Of a stretch of DNA of 36,815 nt, positions 10,839-22,842 are shown piece after piece (the first letter of the stretch is position 1; each line of letters starts with the position of its first letter). A program made the translations under genes and the position numbers. The notes below the pieces were generated by a model. That model was not told the origin of the DNA. It made no database searches and worked only from the letters and a program-made list of their open reading frames with translations. Source of the stretch: Patellaria atrata CBS 101060 (Eukaryota); assembly GCA_010093705.1 (NCBI GenBank), contig MU006095.1, positions 1,116,001 to 1,152,815 on the forward strand, given 5' to 3'.

Positions 10839-11756
10839 TTGTCGTGGATCACTGGGGGAAAAGCGTTTTTGCAGTGAGCTTTTTTTTTTGGAAGGTATGT
10901 AATGTATATCGCTTTAAGTTAGTCATTCTTTAAACACCGGAAAATACCCCGGAATGTTTATATGGGTTTATACGGGTTTATGCGGGTTCGGAAAACAAAA
11001 AAGATTTTGAGCATCGGTTTATAGATGGGAGGCAGAGTTTGCTTACGGAACGGAGTTCGGTAAGGGGACGGTCTACAGTAGAAACTGGACCACCAGGTGC
11101 ATACGGTATAGACGAGACATGACATAAAGAAGGGTCATTTTAGCGTGGGCGCTGGAGGTCTTGGTGCTGTTGCTGCGTCTTTATCTTGATCTAGAGAGGC
11201 GCGAAAGTGTTACCTCCGTGGTCACTTCCGGAGGCAATAAATCGCTAATAATAATGGTTGCTGTTTTTTTTTTTTTGGTATCTATCAGGCTTCGATCAAA
11301 GTGTTGATCCGAAATTCTCCGTTTTATTTCTCTCTCCAATGTGTTTTGGTCTTCTTCAGTACTCGGGATACCTGATTTGCACGTCAAAATGAGTTTTCGA
11401 AAGAGCAGTAGACTTTCCATCATGATGGCATACTCCCCAGTCTGCACCTACTTATTTCAGTCGCTTCAGGAGTCGCTTCCTTTTCTTCAACTGCTCACCG
11501 AAGTTGCTTCCTTTCTATCAACTAGTCCCCACGATTATCATACGACGGTCCTAAGGTACTCGTATGCACCTTCCTCCAAATTCAAGACACGTAAACATCG
11601 AAGACTTCATCGCAGACGACGGGAAATTAAAAATCAAATCCCCTCAACATCTCGTAATGCTCTACGCCATCCTCATTCTTCTCTCCAACTTTTCTATTGA
11701 TTTCCCATTAGAACTACCTTACTTTGCCTTCATCATCTGTTTCTTCCATATCAACC

Positions 11757-13651
11757 ATGCGTTATCAGTTCTGGGACGTCCTCCTCTTCCCTCATGAGTG
11801 CTATGTACCCATCCAAGAGTTCAAAACTGCTTGTTACGCGGCACAAGATGGTGAGTCATTGAGGCATTGTTCAGCAGACGACGAACTAACCTTTAACGAA
11901 AGGTAGTGCAAAGGTCCCCATTCTGACATCTTTCATTCCCGCACTTCCCCGCGGAACTCGTTTTCGTATTTCTTTGCACTCCTGGAAGGGTTTGCAGCTG
12001 GCAGCCAAAGAAAAGCCTGGGAAGGAAAAAGATTCTGACGGAGTTGCGGAAACCGTGATGTACACCGTGAGAGTCTTGATTGATGGACTTGAAGTCGTGT
12101 ACGACATATATTCGGTCTATTTTCATGGCTATTGCTTACATCTTCCTAGTCGCAAATGCTATGATGAGAGTGTAAGCTGGCCCGAGACCATAGGTGGGTT
12201 TCATGATTTTGACCTTGGTAGATTTCTCGCTAACAAATCAGTAGAGAATACACACAGTATGACATGGTTCCTCCGTTGTCTCTTCGTAAATAGGTCATTG
12301 ACAAAGGTGCAGTCTCGGATGCAACCGGAGAAATCGAACCTCTCCGCTTCCCAGCTTTCCATCGCGAGGTGCTTGGGCAAGCACATTGGAATGCCGTCGA
12401 ATCCATCGGCCGTATCAAGGTGATCGTCTCGCAGAGGGTTAGGAAAGTAGGTCCTAAGAAACCATCGACTCCTCCAGCTGAGGAGGTTGTTTGCTTTTCA
12501 TTCCAACATGTTCCTCTCGGTAAGCTTTTACAACCTCACAATGACTTAACGGTTTATCTTAACTGACGCTGCGTCAGAGCTCCTAGAGCAAAAGGGTATC
12601 GCATGGCCAAATCCTGGTATATGGCATACGCCTATCCCCCATGCACCTCATAATATGAGGCCTTCAATGCCGCCGGGATACGTTCCCTACCCGACCATGA
12701 CAACTAGTTACTGGGATTACGGTTATTCGACGCCCCCGAAGCACCATAGCACTCCTACTGGCTGCTTTTCGGATCATGTATGGACTGATCCCCCCGATAG
12801 CATCGGGAACCGTGTGAACCGCAGCAGCGTCCCGTATATTCGGAGTGATCACGGAAGTGCCAAAAGTAGTTCTTCATTTGATACACCAATGCGCGACATC
12901 TCTGGTACTAGCAAGACATCGTCTATCCGTTCAGGCGATGGAACGAAACATATCATTGTTCAAGTCCGTGACGATCAGTTTAGTAAGTTTCTGGAGTCTT
13001 TGAGTCCTTCGAAAGACGACAGCACCGAACTACATGACACCTCCAGAAAAGTCAGTCTACCCACTGCCTTTGCGGTTCCTGCTCCCAAATTCCTGCTTCC
13101 TGCATCAACCGCGGAGACGATTGCACCTGCGGTCAGGCCTACTATTGCTGATACCAATGATGCGGACCAATTGCCGCAGTACCCTCATCTATCTGAAAAA
13201 GAAGATGTGAACATGAAGGAACCTTCTGACTATGAGGTGAGAAGTGAAAGGTCCAGCCCAGCGAAGAAGGTCAAGGAGAGTCCTTCGTTGAATATCAGGT
13301 CCAGGAAGGAAGGTAAGGAGAACAACACGTTGTCAATCAAAGGTATGTACTCATGTCGATAATGGATGAGACAATTTTACTGATTCATTACGAGATCCTA
13401 ACCTACCCACACTCATTTTGGAGACTCCAAAGAGACAGAATCTTATGATCAAGTTGAGGGTTACTCCGCAGAATAATACAGATAGTCCATCTGCTCTTTC
13501 ACCTGACTCACACAAGCGATCCAGAGCTGAGATGATGGGAAGTGAGATGAGTATTGACGAACCTGACATAACATCGCCTCTCAAAGCTATCAAGACAGGA
13601 AGTGATAGATTTGGCCTTGAATCTGATACCACAGAGGATCACGAGGACTAA
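11757..13651 (+). CDS. Conserved uncharacterised Pezizomycotina protein (globular N-terminal domain, low-complexity C-terminus)
   Basis: Exons 11757-11850, 11903-12098, 12150-12193, 12242/12245-12256, 12307/12313-12519, 12578-13342, ~13395-13651. Spliced motifs MRYQFWDVLLFP..VPIQEFKTAC, VPILTSFIPALP..FRISLHSW, LRFPAFHREVL..GRIKVIVS, FSFQHVPL-ELLEQKGIAWPNP resemble a fungal hypothetical family I recall. The last acceptor is a weak GAG, so the 3' end is uncertain. Confidence 0.75.
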
Positions 13652-14504
13652 GGTCTACATGATTTTCGTTTTTCAGAGCTTTAGGAAGTACTGTGTGCTG
13701 CATTTGGGATGTGAGATTGAAGAAGGAGCCTAATTTTTGCTACTGTGGAGCTTGTGTGCTATTTGATGCTCTTTGTCTGTACTTGCGATGGTTCCGGGTT
13801 CTCGGATGTATTATTATCGTGCTTCGTGAGTAGACTTTCATGTACATGTATTAGCAAGCTGCGGTTTCTCATCCTTTCTGTTTCCTTAATCTGCTAAACG
13901 GAGTGGAAAGTGCAGTGGAAGAAATATCAACTTCTCTTACCAAGGATAAGCGGTACTTGCTCAATGGTGTCTGAGATGGGAGCGGTTGCTCTTGTCGGGT
14001 ATCTCTGGTATCCATTGACTCCTTCCTATCACCCTACGCAGAGTTTCCTTGAGAAGGATATTTGACTGTTCTGGAATTACTAAAGTTTTTACTCCGATAC
14101 ATGTTTCATCCAACTGCGGACGTCTGTCCCTTTACATGTCATTCTTACCTTCTAACCTTTGAACAAATATTCTTTTCATTCTTTGGACATCGGTATCATC
14201 TATATTTGACCTATAGAACCTCTTATACCCTTCACGGTGCTGCTGATTTATCCTCTTACCTCTCCTCAGGCCCTCCCATCTCCTCTCCCAATACATTTCT
14301 TGAAGCGGCATCGGATTGGTTTAGAGGTTTTCTTTGCAAACGTATAGGACACAGTCCTCGATTTCTAACAAGTTTGCGAAGCTGACTGGGAACAGAGAAT
14401 CCGCTTCTCGATCACAGAGACGAAGGAGACTAGCATTACTTGGGACCTGCGCGTTTTACGCCAGCTCTTTGAACCGATCTCTATTTTATTCTCCCGATTT
14501 CCTC

Positions 14505-17500
14505 ATGGCAAATGTTGCCAGTACCAAGATCTCTTCCCTTCCAACTGCAGCTAAACCCTCTGGCAAACCGACTAGTAACGACAGTATGCCCGAAACAATC
14601 GCCTCATCCCAGTTTTTCGAGACAGTAACCACGAAAGCACCGAAGTCTGTACCGTTTTCGAGCACTCCCTTGAGCATCAGTGCTGTGGGGAGAACGTCCA
14701 GTGGAACTCTGTACACTCAGTCTAATAAAGATACAACTTCTCTACTTCCTAGGAGGCCCTTACCGTGGCTGGATGGAAAATCTGGCTATCGTAAAGATTC
14801 TTATCCAGATACTCGGCAAATTCCAGGTGCTTTCATCTCCTCCGCTGAGGTGACATCCTCCTCCGGTGATACTCCACCCTCACCTGCAGTAAAGGCCACA
14901 GATACAGGATTTCTCCGTAAGGATCCTAGTTTAAGACCGATTGGCTCAACCCCGTCTCTCAGGCGAAGATTCACCCAACCACCTGTAATACCACCAAGGC
15001 CTGCTATTTCCCAGGGCTCCCCGGTTGCTCCGGATATCGTTACAGTTCCTGTTCAAGTTCGTTCTCCTACGCGGTACAGTCCTACACGCCCAGGTATCCA
15101 TAGCGTGCATGCGGAAATTGTCTCTGTGGACTCTTCATCTACATCAGGTCCTGAAGCCGTCACTCGTCCTGTAGATCTCAACCTGGTGGATATCACAAGT
15201 CAGCTGCGAACGCCTTCTCCTGAACCGAATCTGGCCGGTCCCCTCAAAGATGAAGAGCTGTCTCCAAAAGCTGCCCGTAGAAAATCAAACCCCTTTGATG
15301 ATCGCAGACATTCATTGACCGATGCAATAAGCGGACTTGAAAATTTGATGCAGCAAGCAATCGATGTTGCCATGGATGCCGCCGAGCAGCAAAAGCCCCA
15401 AGAGGTTTCCCACATTCTGGGAGAAGCGACAAGAGCACTTCGCCGAGCGTCAGCAGTCAGTGACCGCCAGGGAACAATGTTCGATTCACCCCTACGAGCT
15501 TCAGATTCCGCATTCAGCACTTCAACTAGTTCGAGATCAAGGAGTTCGAGCGCCTCGAGCACCGTTTCAGACGCCATGATCACGAACCCTAGGGACAGCA
15601 TATTTCCCCCCTTGAGTCCAAACGGTCACAACATCGACCTCGAAAGAGGCAAACGCGGACGCAAGAAACACAGAAAGGGCAGCTCTCACGAATCCCTTTC
15701 ACCGACACCACCCCGGTTCTACGAACCTCAAGCCGGGAATCCCGTAGCGTTAGATTGGGCATACGCGCAGTCTCAACCGCAACGGCTACCTCCCAAACCT
15801 CCATCTCCATCTCCCTCGTCCTCGACATCCTCGAAGGACACGTCGCCCAGACGTGTCAAATCGGGCAAGCGCAAACTCGTGCAGCTACCCCCGGAACCAA
15901 TGCCCACGCATAACCCCCAAGAGTACGTTCGCACGCTCATCGGTACCCCGTGGGAAACTTGTATCGCCCCCAGTGGGAGGCGATCTCTCCCCGCTCAACT
16001 GGACGCTGCTGACGATTACATGTCGTACAGGCCGCGCCGATCTAGTTACTACCACATACACGAGCCCCCGGCTGGGCCACGGCGTCGGAAGACCGGTTTC
16101 GCGGACCAGTCGCGCAGGTCTAGCGGGACGGATAGACGACTCACGCAGGCGGCGTCGACGGCTTACTTGAACAGTTTGGACCCTACGCTTTCGGGGCTAA
16201 GTCTTAAGCATCCGAGACGGAATCATCATAGCTTGAAGGGGCGAGCTTCGAGGGGGTTTAGTTTGGGCAGGAGCAGTAGGCGACGGCAGCCGATTGCGAG
16301 GAACTGGAATACGGGGAGGAAGAGGATCGTGGCGACTATTGCGTGTGTGAATACGGGGTTGATGGGGTTTATAATTGGGGTTTATGTGAGTTATTGATGT
16401 TATGGATGGAAAGGGGACTTTTACTGATGTAAGATAGGCTGGTGAGGTTCCGAGGATACAGTATCAGCTTGCTGATCAAAGCCATCAGGTCATCCTGGGG
16501 AATGTGGTGTAAGGCTGAAAGGTACACTTACGCTTTAATTATCAGAGTTGACATAGAGCAGATTGTATCTAGGACTCGCCATCACGACCTTCATATTCTG
16601 GCCATTACCCCTGCTGCACGGACGGAAACCGTACATCCTTCTCGCTTTGGGACTCGCGCTCCCTCTCCAGTTTCCTCAAGCTGTTATAGTTGACTCCCCT
16701 AGATCGCCTAAGGACAGACAATACATAGCTGGCCTCCTACTTTCGAGAGCGGTCACAGGATTGATTCTAGGCTTCGCAAATATCAATTTTCTCCCTACCC
16801 TTTTTGATCTCTTCGGCGCCTCGTTGCAGAGTAGTAAACCACATCAGGAAATTGTCTACGTCCATGATATCCGTCGTCACGGGGGTGGAATGGGCATGTG
16901 GTTGGGCATCTGGACATGGTGCTTCATCGGCATGCTCGCGATCGGGTTCTGCACCGGGGCTGGCATCATCGCTGACCTCAATCCCTCATGGGGTTTCTAC
17001 ATCGTAGTCATCGTCACGGCATTCGTGTTGTTCTTGAATGTCGTTACCCCTGAAACGAGGAGGGAGCACTGGCGCAAGTCGGTCGCGGAGTTCGTGGATG
17101 AGGACGATGAGATCAAGAAGAGGGTCGCAAGGGGCGAGGTGAAGTTGCACATCTCGATGGATGGGCCGAAGTGGTGGCATGAAGAAGTTTCCGCGGGCGT
17201 CATGTTGAGTTTTCGGATGCTGTTCCAGCGCGGGTTTTTCCTTCTCGCGCTTTACCTTGGCTGGATCTATGCACAAGTCGTGCTTGTCATCGTTGTGCGT
17301 ACGTCCTCCCCCAAAATAAGAACCCCCCAATTGACTGACAGAAAATATAGTTACTCGGCGCTCTACTGTCAAGAGAGTACCGTATGCAACCCCAATACGT
17401 CGGCCTCGGCGTCTTCTCCCTCGCCATAGGCGCACTCCTCGCCACACCCCTAAGCAAAGCGGGAATCTTCTCCCGCGCCCGCAAAGAAGGTCCCCGTACC

Positions 17501-18205
17501 GACAGCATGACATTCCAAGAGCGCATAACCTGGACCTCTCACCTCGCGCGACGACTGATCTTCATGATCCTGCTCCCCTTCGCCGGCTTCGTCTACACGA
17601 TGGTATCCTGGGGCCGCCGCATCCCCTTCATCGTACCCTGCGTCTTCGCCGGTGTCATCGGATTCCTCTCAAACCTCGCCATCGCCGAGTGCTACGGCCT
17701 CGTCATGGAGACGTTCGATACCTCCGATCTCCAGCCCGGCGTGAACAGCAGACACAGACTGCAGAGCCTGGCCGAGGACGTGCGCAGACGCAGGACGAAC
17801 TACAGTTCCTTCCCGCGCGTCATCAGCGGCATTTTCGTCTCGCAGAGTTTCGCCTTCCTGCTCGCTGCCGCGGCCACCGGGGTCGGGGGCGCGTTGACCA
17901 GGCGGCTGGGCGCGCAGGCTGCCACGGGCGTCACGGCGGGTGTGTTGCTGTTCTTGACCATCGGGCTCACGCTCGCCCTGTGGAGGTTCAAGGAGGTCCA
18001 GGTCATCCCGAATCATGCGTTTGGGACTAGACGAAATACGGTTGCCCAGGAGAAGTTTGAGCTCGAGGATTGGAAACCGGTCGTTATTGGGAATCCGTCG
18101 GGGAAGATGAGGAGGGTTAATGTGCTGGAGTTGGGGCGGTTGAGCAGGTGGACGGAGATTAGGAGGTTGAACCGGTTGTTGAGGGATGGGGATGAGGGGT
18201 TTTAA
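14505..18205 (+). CDS. MFS transporter (DHA1/polyamine-transporter-like) with a ~600-aa S/P/R-rich disordered N-terminus
   Basis: Exons 14505-16385, 16438-16508, 16562-17294, 17351-18205 join in frame (..FIIGVY-AGEVPRIQYQLAD..GNVV-LYLGLAITTFIFWPLPLLHGRKPYIL..). Contains an MFS motif-A-like LHGRKP and many hydrophobic segments. Confidence 0.88.
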
Positions 18206-18883
18206 GGGGGATACGTGGGAGGTAGGGTGAAAGGTCCTAAGACAACCTTCTGGAAGAGGTACCGTGGAAGAGGTTCTACGATGAAGCGTGTGAAAGGTGG
18301 CTTTTGTCAAAGACTTAGGCCGGACGGTAAAGGGGAAGGGGGCTGGCAGGGGGTTAGGGATAGGGTTGAGGAGAAAGGTCAAGTTTAAATGGGTGCTTGA
18401 GGGGGTAGATTGGGTAATTAATATACCTGATTATCTTCATGTTATTGTGACTACCTATGCTAATACTTAAGAAATGTTGTCTGGAAACTGCTACGCCTGC
18501 TTGAGATTATTACGGAGAAGATCGCTTGAAGTTCAGATGGACCATCTCGGATTTTCTTTCGGCCCGACAATGGGAATTCTGCCGAGCTAACAATGGCAAG
18601 CTCGACATCACGGCTTCCATTCTTCACTTGTTCAAGGACATTTTCTCAACCCTCTTAATTTACTTTTGTACCCTCGAACAACGACGCGAACAGCAACTCA
18701 CCTCACCTCAAAGAATCATAAGCGCAGGCGCATTCATTCTAGCTATCTACTACACTACTTCCCAAGTCTCATCAAGGCCAACAGCACTCCAAGCTCCACG
18801 AGCTCCAACCTCACTTCACTCCACCTCTACCTCACGGTCTAAAACCACGGCCCAAACCCACGGCCTAAACCCACGATCTCACA

Positions 18884-19681
18884 ATGGTCTCACCAACCCT
18901 AAACGGCATCTCGACGCCGCCCTCGCACTCCCAACCCCCACAAACCACCCCCCCCGCCAACCCCCCCCCCGAACCCTCCCAATCCGCACCCGCACCCACC
19001 AACCTCGCCAACACCTCCGCCCCGCGGGACCCCCCCGCGAACCCCACCGACCTGGACGAAAAACGCCCCCGCGACGCCCGCCTCGTCCACGCCGTCCTCG
19101 CCGCCCTCGGTGTAACCGCCTACGCCGACCGCGTCCCGCTGCAACTCATGGACTTCGCGTACCGGTACACGGCCTCGATCCTGTCGGACGGGGTTCAGTT
19201 AACGTCAGACGGCTACACAGGTCCCACTTCCTCCACTTCCACCACCGCAAAAACCACGAAGGAGAAGAGTACAGTGGGCAAAGATGCGGAAGGTGTGGCG
19301 CTGCAGGCGCTACGACTGGCCATCGCGTCGAGGCTGCAATATCAGTTTACGGCGCCGCTGGCGAAGGAGTTCCTGCTTGAGCTTGCGGCGGAACGGAACA
19401 GAGTTGCACTGCCGAGGGTCGAGAGGGGATGGGGGGTTAGGCTGCCCGGGGAGAAGTATTGTTTTACGGGCACGGGGTGGGGGGTTAGGGGGGAGTGGGA
19501 GGATGAGGAGGAGGTTGATGGGGATGAGGGTGGCGATGGAGAGGGGGATGGGTTGGAGTTGTTGCTGGGTGAGGGGGGGGATGTGGAGATGGGTGGGGAG
19601 GAGGAGGGAGAGGGGGACTTTGAGGAGGTCATGGGTGTTGGTGTCGGTGGTGGTGGGGATGTCGGTATGGAGGGCGCTTAG
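18884..19681 (+). CDS. TAF9: TFIID/SAGA subunit TAF9 (TFIID-31kDa histone fold)
   Basis: Single exon. RPRDARLVHAVLAALGVTAYADRVPLQLMDFAYRYTASILSDG..LRLAIASRLQYQF..KEFLLELAAERNRVALP..GVRLPGEKYCFTG. Confidence 0.95.
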   Translation: MVSPTLNGISTPPSHSQPPQTTPPANPPPEPSQSAPAPTNLANTSAPRDPPANPTDLDEKRPRDARLVHAVLAALGVTAYADRVPLQLMDFAYRYTASILSDGVQLTSDGYTGPTSSTSTTAKTTKEKSTVGKDAEGVALQALRLAIASRLQYQFTAPLAKEFLLELAAERNRVALPRVERGWGVRLPGEKYCFTGTGWGVRGEWEDEEEVDGDEGGDGEGDGLELLLGEGGDVEMGGEEEGEGDFEEVMGVGVGGGGDVGMEGA

Positions 19682-20076
19682 GTTGTGTTGTGTTTGTTCT
19701 GTTCACGCGTGGAGTTGGGTATTATCTTAGGGGAATTATGGTTTAGGAAGATGGGTCGAAATACTCTTAAGAAATGGAATGGTGTTATGGCGAGGACATA
19801 TTCAAGCATTTAACGGCGTCTCATGGCGGGCGGCGGAGTCGGATGTAGCTAGGTACATCAGATTTACAGAGCACATCTCACAAAGACGGGAGGAACAAAG
19901 GAGAGATATTCAAACCACTCATTCGGAATATACATACCCCTTACATACACATTTTTTTTCTGTTTCATTTTCCAGTCTCCAACCCGACAAACCCAATCCC
20001 ACAATCAACACCCCAACTTACCTGTGAGCAACAAACCCCCCGACCCCCAAAAACCCCACAAGAAACACCCCGACAC

Positions 20077-22733
20077 CTACCCCCTCCTCCCCCCCATCGA
20101 AATCCTCGACTTCGCCTCCTTAGCCTTTCTCTCCATAACAATCTTCTTCCCCCTCTTCTCGCGTTTCGTATCCCTCATCTTCCTCTTCGCCTCCCGTCTC
20201 GCCTGCTCAAGCTGCTGCCTACTAGCACCCTGGACGCCCTTCTCCCTCAAAATCTCTGCCGTGAGCCGTTTCTGCACCGCCATCTTCTTCTCCATGCGCA
20301 GCTTGTGGCGCTCCTTCGCCGACAGGGGGTTTTTGCCCTTGGCGATGTTGCGGGCTTGGCGCCGGAGCCGCATCCATTCGCGGCGCGCGGCGCGCTCGGC
20401 TTTGGAGAGGGATTTGACGGGGCGGTCGGCCCAGATCCTGGGATCCGGGGGGAGGGGACCGGTGAGCTGGGCGGTGCGTTTGGCGAGGATGGTGGCGTCG
20501 CCTTTGGTGTCGATTATGAAGCCGTCTGCTTGGGAGGGTTGAGCGGTGCCGTCTGTGAGAGCGGCGTTGCCGACTGTGTCGACCATGAAGAGGTCGGTGG
20601 GGTTGGAGGGGGGAGCGCTCTGAGCGATGTTTTTGGCGCCTCTGGCGGCACGTTTGGTGAGGTAGGCTTCGAGTGAGATGCCCTTCACCTCGGCTTTGGC
20701 GGTGTATTTCGCTTTCTTCTTCTCGGGGAGGGAATCGATGTCGATAACGGCCGTGGTCGTTTCGTTGACGGTGCCGTTCTGCTCGACTGTGGTTTGATGA
20801 ACGGCGACAACACCATTGGTCGCAGGTGCGGTATTACCCATTTGAGCATCGTATTCTTTGATTTGTTCTGCAGCCCTTTCTTTCGCCTTGAGCCTGCGGA
20901 ACTCCTTGACTGTCATACCACCTCGTTTCTCTCTCAACTCGGCTATCTCCTTATCCTCCTCTGCTTTCTTTGCAGCTTTTTCGGCTCCTAGTTTTGCCAT
21001 GTAGTCTTCGTAAGGGATTCCCTCTTTCAGAGCCATGGCGATATTCTTCCTCTCGCGCTTTTCAGCAGCAGAAGGATATTTGTCAACTCTACCGATGCCA
21101 GGAACCTTCTTCACACGGCCCATTGTGTCAAGGCCGAGTTTGATTTCATCAGCACCGGTTTCAAACCCTGTAGTTCCCACAGCAGGTTTATCCTGCATGG
21201 TAAGGTCCATCTTATCCTCATTCTGTGCGTTCTGAAGCTCTTTCTGTAATTGATTCTGAGCAGCTTTGTCAGCTTCTTCCTGAGCCGCTTGTGCTCTAGC
21301 TGCTTCTTCCTGTGCTGCCTTTTCCGCAGCTTCCCTAGCCCTTTTCTCCTTGAGCTTAGCATGCAGCTCAGCAATAGCATCACCATCCTTTAGCTTTTCG
21401 GCCCTTCGAGCTTTCTTTGCTTCGCGACGCTCCTGCTTCGCCCTTTCCTTTGCTTCTTCGGCTGCTTTCCTGATAGCTGCTCTCTCTGCCCGTGCAGCTT
21501 TCTTTTGTTCCTTTTCCTCATCCCTTTTCCTCTTAATTTCTTCTTTTGAGAGTTTACTTGCCTCATCATCGGCGGAGACTGCAGCGGCTTGTTCAGGGAA
21601 CATCAAAGCTTTCAAACGTTCTTTCTCGGCGCGTTTAGCTTCACGAAGGAGTTTCTCCCGTTGGTACTTTTGAGCTTTGTAGGACAACTTCTTCGGAGGC
21701 TTTGGGGGGTCTATTTCCTTATTTGACTGGATAATATGTAAGTTTTACCTCTAATGGTAAAGGCAACTTAATGTTAGACATGTCTTACCAAAGGCCCATT
21801 ATTCTCAATCATAGCCAACCGATCTGCATGCATTGTTTTTTCCACATCAACCACCTGCTTAGGAGGGTCTGTCTTTTCACTCTTCTTCTCCTTCTTTGCT
21901 TTCTTGCTTTTGCCAATAGAAGGATGCTCCGGAACTTCTCCAAATACTCCAGCTCTCTTTTGCTGCTTAACATAAGCATTAGCCGCCTTGTTGAGCGCTT
22001 GAATTCTCTTTCTCTCCTCCTCAGCTTCAAAATCAAATGTACCTTCAGCTATTTTCCTCTCCCTAGCGGCACTGGCATCCCGTTTTGCATTCTCTTGCCG
22101 TGTCTGCTTTCGACGTTTGCGTACATCCTCTCGGCTTTCGCCGGCGCGCTTTCGCTTCTTTTCGATAGACATTGGAATGAGAGCGACTGCAGGTTTGGAT
22201 GGTTCTACTTGTACAAAAGGTTCGGGTGTCGGGCTAATTGTTGATATTGTGGTCGCAGTAGACTGTGAGCTATCGGATGACGAGTCCGGGTTGACTACTT
22301 CGGTGGATGAAGGAGTAATCGATTCTAGAGGTGTATTCGAGGCGATAATATTCTCTTGTAAACCAATTGAACCTTCAAGGCCTTCACCTTTCACGAAGAA
22401 ACCGTATAGACCTCCGCGATTGACACCGGTTTCCCTGATCTGAGCAAGTGCAGACTGAGAAGCGGTTATTTAATATGACACACCAGAAATCAATTGTTTT
22501 GCCATAAGATTTAGATTCCCTACCTTTTTACCTGTCCCAAGATCCCTTAGACTAGTATCAAAAGCTCTCAACCACCACTGATCGCTTGTAGCAGTATGCT
22601 TCTTAATACCAAGCCCAAGAACGTCAACTTTCTTCGAAACGAGCAGTGGCTTCTTGATGCCACGACCAGTTCTGTCAAGTGAGTGACCATCACCCTGCCA
22701 GCCTTGTGCTTTCAGATATGCGGCTGCGTCCAT
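20077..22733 (-). CDS. Tma23/G-patch-like nucleolar protein with long K/E/A/R-rich helical regions
   Basis: Exons 22733-22524, 22454-21789, 21726-20077 join in frame. N-terminus MDAAAYLKAQGWQGDGHSLD..GRGIKKPLLVSKKVDVLGLG..DQWWLRAFDTSL..GGLYGFFVKGEGLEGSI matches the Tma23-type degenerate G-patch. Confidence 0.8.
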
Positions 22734-22792
22734 AAAAAGTGGAAGTAGTAAAATGCGCAAAACGAAACGTTGGAGATTCAAAGGCGGTGGAG

Positions 22793-22842
22793 GAATATTT
22801 TTCGAAATCTTGGCGGAAAACACATTGGTCTGTGCGCTTATC
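22793..22842 (-). promoter_or_regulatory. Possible RRPE-like (GAAAAATATT) and PAC-like (GATAAG) ribosome-biogenesis promoter motifs
   Basis: On the minus strand, GATAAG at 22842-22837 and CGAAAAATATT at ~22804-22794, 60-110 nt upstream of the Tma23-like ATG. Short motifs, so inference only. Confidence 0.3.

Noticed and set aside
10958..10992. Degenerate 10-bp repeat TATRYGGGTT x3, telomere-like
   Set aside because: Only three imperfect units and not TTAGGG; most likely local slippage.
17669..19730. Long overlapping ORFs (17669-18382 -, 18526-19380 +, 19284-19730 +)
   Set aside because: Expected by-products of stop-poor, GC-skewed sequence overlapping the real MFS and TAF9 genes.
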